Shown one piece after another: positions 60,836-64,000 of a DNA stretch of 64,000 nucleotides. The notes under the pieces are model-generated. The model was not told the DNA's origin and searched no databases. It worked only from the letters and a program-made list of their open reading frames with translations. Both the position numbers and the translations under genes were made by a program. The stretch spans positions 215,448-279,447 of the forward strand of contig CAWGVG010000026.1 of assembly GCA_963825865.1 (NCBI GenBank). Direction: 5' to 3'. Position 1 is the first letter of the stretch; every line of letters starts with the position of its first letter. The DNA comes from an uncultured Nitrososphaeraceae archaeon. GTDB taxonomy: Archaea; Thermoproteota; Nitrososphaeria; Nitrososphaerales; Nitrososphaeraceae.

Positions 60836-63280
60836 CTATTTCTTATAACATTGTAGTTTGGTCATATTATTATTATTGCATGTAATAGTATATCCAAAAG
60901 GCTCTGTAACTGAATTACATGTTTCTGCAAGTAACTGTGTATATCTACTTACATCATATGTAGTAGCAACACTAGTTTTTTCATCATCAATTAGTTCAAT
61001 AGGAATAGCCCTCTTGTTACCCGACGATTGTTTTTTTCTATTATAAAGATGATCATAATCGGTTATAACATATCTTAAAATCTCCCCGGCTTTCAGGGAT
61101 TTGCCTTCAATTTCCATAAGACGTAGTGCATTATTCTCAATCGTATCCCTATTTTTTTGATATTCATTTGAATTCTTTGAAAGTCGTTTAGTAAATGCTA
61201 GTTCTTCAAGGGGAACTTTTCTCCTTTCCTTCAAAAGCATAACATACTTTTGAAAAACATCCTTTACCGTTGGCATTAGTGCTTTGACTTCGTTAATAGT
61301 ATTTCCAGCAGCCATGACTTCCAAGATTTCATTTTGACATCTGTTAAAAAGTGTAGGTGTATCATGTCTCCTTGCTTCTATTCCTCTTATCTTCAGGCTG
61401 CCATCTTCAAGTACCCCAAAGTATCTATTTAGAACAGGTAAAACGTCATTTCTCTTGGAATGGATAAAAGCAATCCACTTGTATACACCTTCAAAGGATA
61501 TTTTAAACCCTGTTTTATTTTCTATAGATTCTTTTAACTGTAGGTAGTCTCCTTCTTCTTTTTTAATACGCTTGCCGCTTGCCATCCTTTTTTTTCTTCT
61601 TTATCCATAAAGAATCTACAATTCCATGCAGAACTCTAAATCCATGCCTTTCAACTATCTTTGCCGCTTGTAAAAGGATCTGTCTGTCAAAAGCACACAC
61701 TCCTATATGAGCATCAATTCTCCCGAACTTTGCGTTGTTAAATCCAAGGTAGCCAAAAGACGTTACCAGAATCCACTTCAAGGAGTTCTGCCTGAGCTCA
61801 TAATTTCTTTTCAATGCTGGAGATATCGCGGTGCTTTTTAGTAATTGCTTGTATATCGATCGTTTCTTCAACACAATCCTCAATGATGTAGGTGTAATTC
61901 CAATTCGTTTTTCACAGATATTATAATCTAATTCAGGAACTCTTAATTTAGAATTACGACAGCAATCACAACATATAGTTTCTGCTGACAAATTCTTTTT
62001 TAACATGATATTGGGATATAAAGAAACAAAATCATATTCTGCTACTTGTTCATGTACTCCTGTCTTCGACTCAAAGTTAAATCCACCTCTGTCCGCAATT
62101 AGTAATTCCTCAAATGTCTTGAAATGTTCTGCTAATGCTGGTTTCCAGGGTACAAGGATTCCTTTCTGATTAGCGTAGTAAAATTGTAAGCTCGCTAAGA
62201 CACTTTCCTATTGAAGCCCTTGCTGCCTGTGTGTAAGGGCATTCGGCAAATTCTGGATATTTCATATAATCCCTGTAGTCCTGAGTCATTGCAAATAAAC
62301 GAATTATCTTTGTCTATGTGTATTCTTCCACGTAAATTTATTGCAGTTGGTTTAAAGTATGTTCTTCCATATGAAAAATATGAAATGCCTTGATTGATGG
62401 GCTTCTTTAATGGTATTCCTGGTTCTCTTCCCAAGATGAGGTCTATTTCATTCTCTTCAGCTCTGTGAATCAAGTACGGAAAAGTAAATGAGTCGCCGTT
62501 AGTAGTGAATATGAAGTCCGGGTCAATCTTCTTTATTATATGTTCCAAAAGTTGGCATAGTATATCAGCTTCTGACTCGCTCCGAATTTCAAAGGATCCA
62601 TTATCAGTTGTTTCTTCTTCTTTCTCCTTATCCTTTCCTTCTCTTCCCACTTGTTGCGGTGTAATCAATATCGAATTAATCCTATCACTTTACCTTGGTA
62701 TTTTTCCTTCTTTCCTTATATCTAGGCTTATGTGAATAGTTCTAAAGGTTGGCATTTTATAATCAGGTGATAATACACTATCTTTCATTATCCATTTTAA
62801 TTTCTTTGAGTGACTAAGGCTTTCATAAACTTCACAAAAGGCAAGAGGGAAGATATCGTGTTCATAAAAGTAGGATTGTGCTGGCAATAGATCTACATTA
62901 TAAAATCTTAACCTCCCAAACTTATTATTATTACAGTCATCAGTAAGTGTTTCGATCTTCCTTGCTAAAGCTAATGCTTTTGTAGAATCTGACAACGTTA
63001 ATTTTAGAACCTCTGTTATTGTACTGTCTGTAATTCTTTCATACCTTGGTGTAAGTTCATAATCTTTAACTAGGGAAGCGATGTCAGACTCATCTCTTTT
63101 TATCTTATCCATAAGTGACTTTAGATCTGACTTATTATCTGAAGCAACATAAATCGAATGGCTCCAATTATCATCTAATCTGACTGAGGTATTATCATTA
63201 TTATTTTCATTCCCCAATTTCATCCAAATAATCATCTTATCTTTCAATGGATAAGCATCAAATATCCAACCCTCGACCAC
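60836..63280 (-). CDS. polB2: Family B DNA polymerase, PolB2 group (several indels)
   Basis: GWIFDAYP, NGDSFTFPYL, EYDFVSLYPNIM (in the gap 62004-62050), KWILVTSFGYLG, altered motif C HGIVDSLW, and RGIEARRHDTP. Confidence 0.92.
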
Positions 63281-64000
63281 GTTGATTATTCGCTCCTATG
63301 TTTAGCAGGGACTGCAAAGGACCGATGCAATTGGGAAACACGGTATATACCGTATAGTACCCTAATAAAGTGAAGATAACCTTCAAGCCAAGACTTTCTA
63401 CAGGGAAGTAAGTGCCAATGTAGCTATCAAGAACACTTCCAACAATGAACCTAAAGAAATCCTAACAGCTGAATGGAACTTTAAGAGAACGAACTAAGGT
63501 TCAGAAAGCGTACAACACCATTAGCTGAAGGTCAAAAGATACATGCTAAACTGAAAGAACAATGAGTAATAACAGAATCTGAATTTATGCAAATGAAGCA
63601 AGATCTAATTAGACGCGAAGTAGAATCAGAAATATAATAGACATGTTATCGTTTCATCATATATACAAAGACTTAAACTATTATATCCGAAAGTTCATTT
63701 TCTGAAGCATTTCCGACTTTTGCAGGAATGTTTAGTTTACAGCAAAAAGGTACATTTATCTGGTTCTTTTCTTTATTGTCAATTAGACCCATACATATTA
63801 AATCTACCTCAATAATACCTGTTCCTTCATAAATTTCTCTTTTGACTAGACTAAATATATCAATATTATTATTCATCATTAGCGAAATAACCGGCTACAA
63901 CTGAGACCTTGGATTTGAAAACGACCTCTGCTCTTTTACCTAACATTATTTTGTCATCCTATGTGATCAACACTGATCCAACCGATAATGGATTAGTAGC

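Noticed and set aside
60836-63280. Casposon or viral protein-primed polymerase
   Set aside because: The motifs are those of cellular PolB2 (HGIVDS), with no cas1 or terminal repeats nearby.

Overview
AT-rich archaeal DNA with low coding density. The gene content (PolB2-type polymerase, NreA with a PIP box, CDC48, three TrmB/PLD-like-input histidine kinases, MEDS-like proteins, small wHTH regulators) points to a soil ammonia-oxidising archaeon of the Nitrososphaeraceae; this is an inference. Many long genes are split by single-base indels, including gap and cdc48, which mostly looks like long-read consensus error. Genuine gene debris and chimeric fragments are also scattered through the window. 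Contents: a bacterial-type NAD-GAPDH, an IS630 inserted in an AlgG-like beta-helix gene, a membrane/C2H2-zinc-finger/NDH-2 fusion, two copies of an apparently inactivated primase-like (AEP) gene each preceded by a 47-nt hairpin, an unannotated 47-aa 10-Cys metallothionein-like ORF, a GC-rich bacterial methyltransferase, a NAMPT remnant, a TnpB-only IS200/IS605 element inserted exactly in front of an amidohydrolase start codon within a GNAT/GNAT/amidohydrolase locus, a surface-glycan cluster, two IS5-family elements and an RHH-containing histidine kinase. I saw no rRNA, tRNA or CRISPR array. Family assignments come from motif recognition by eye, not from database searches.
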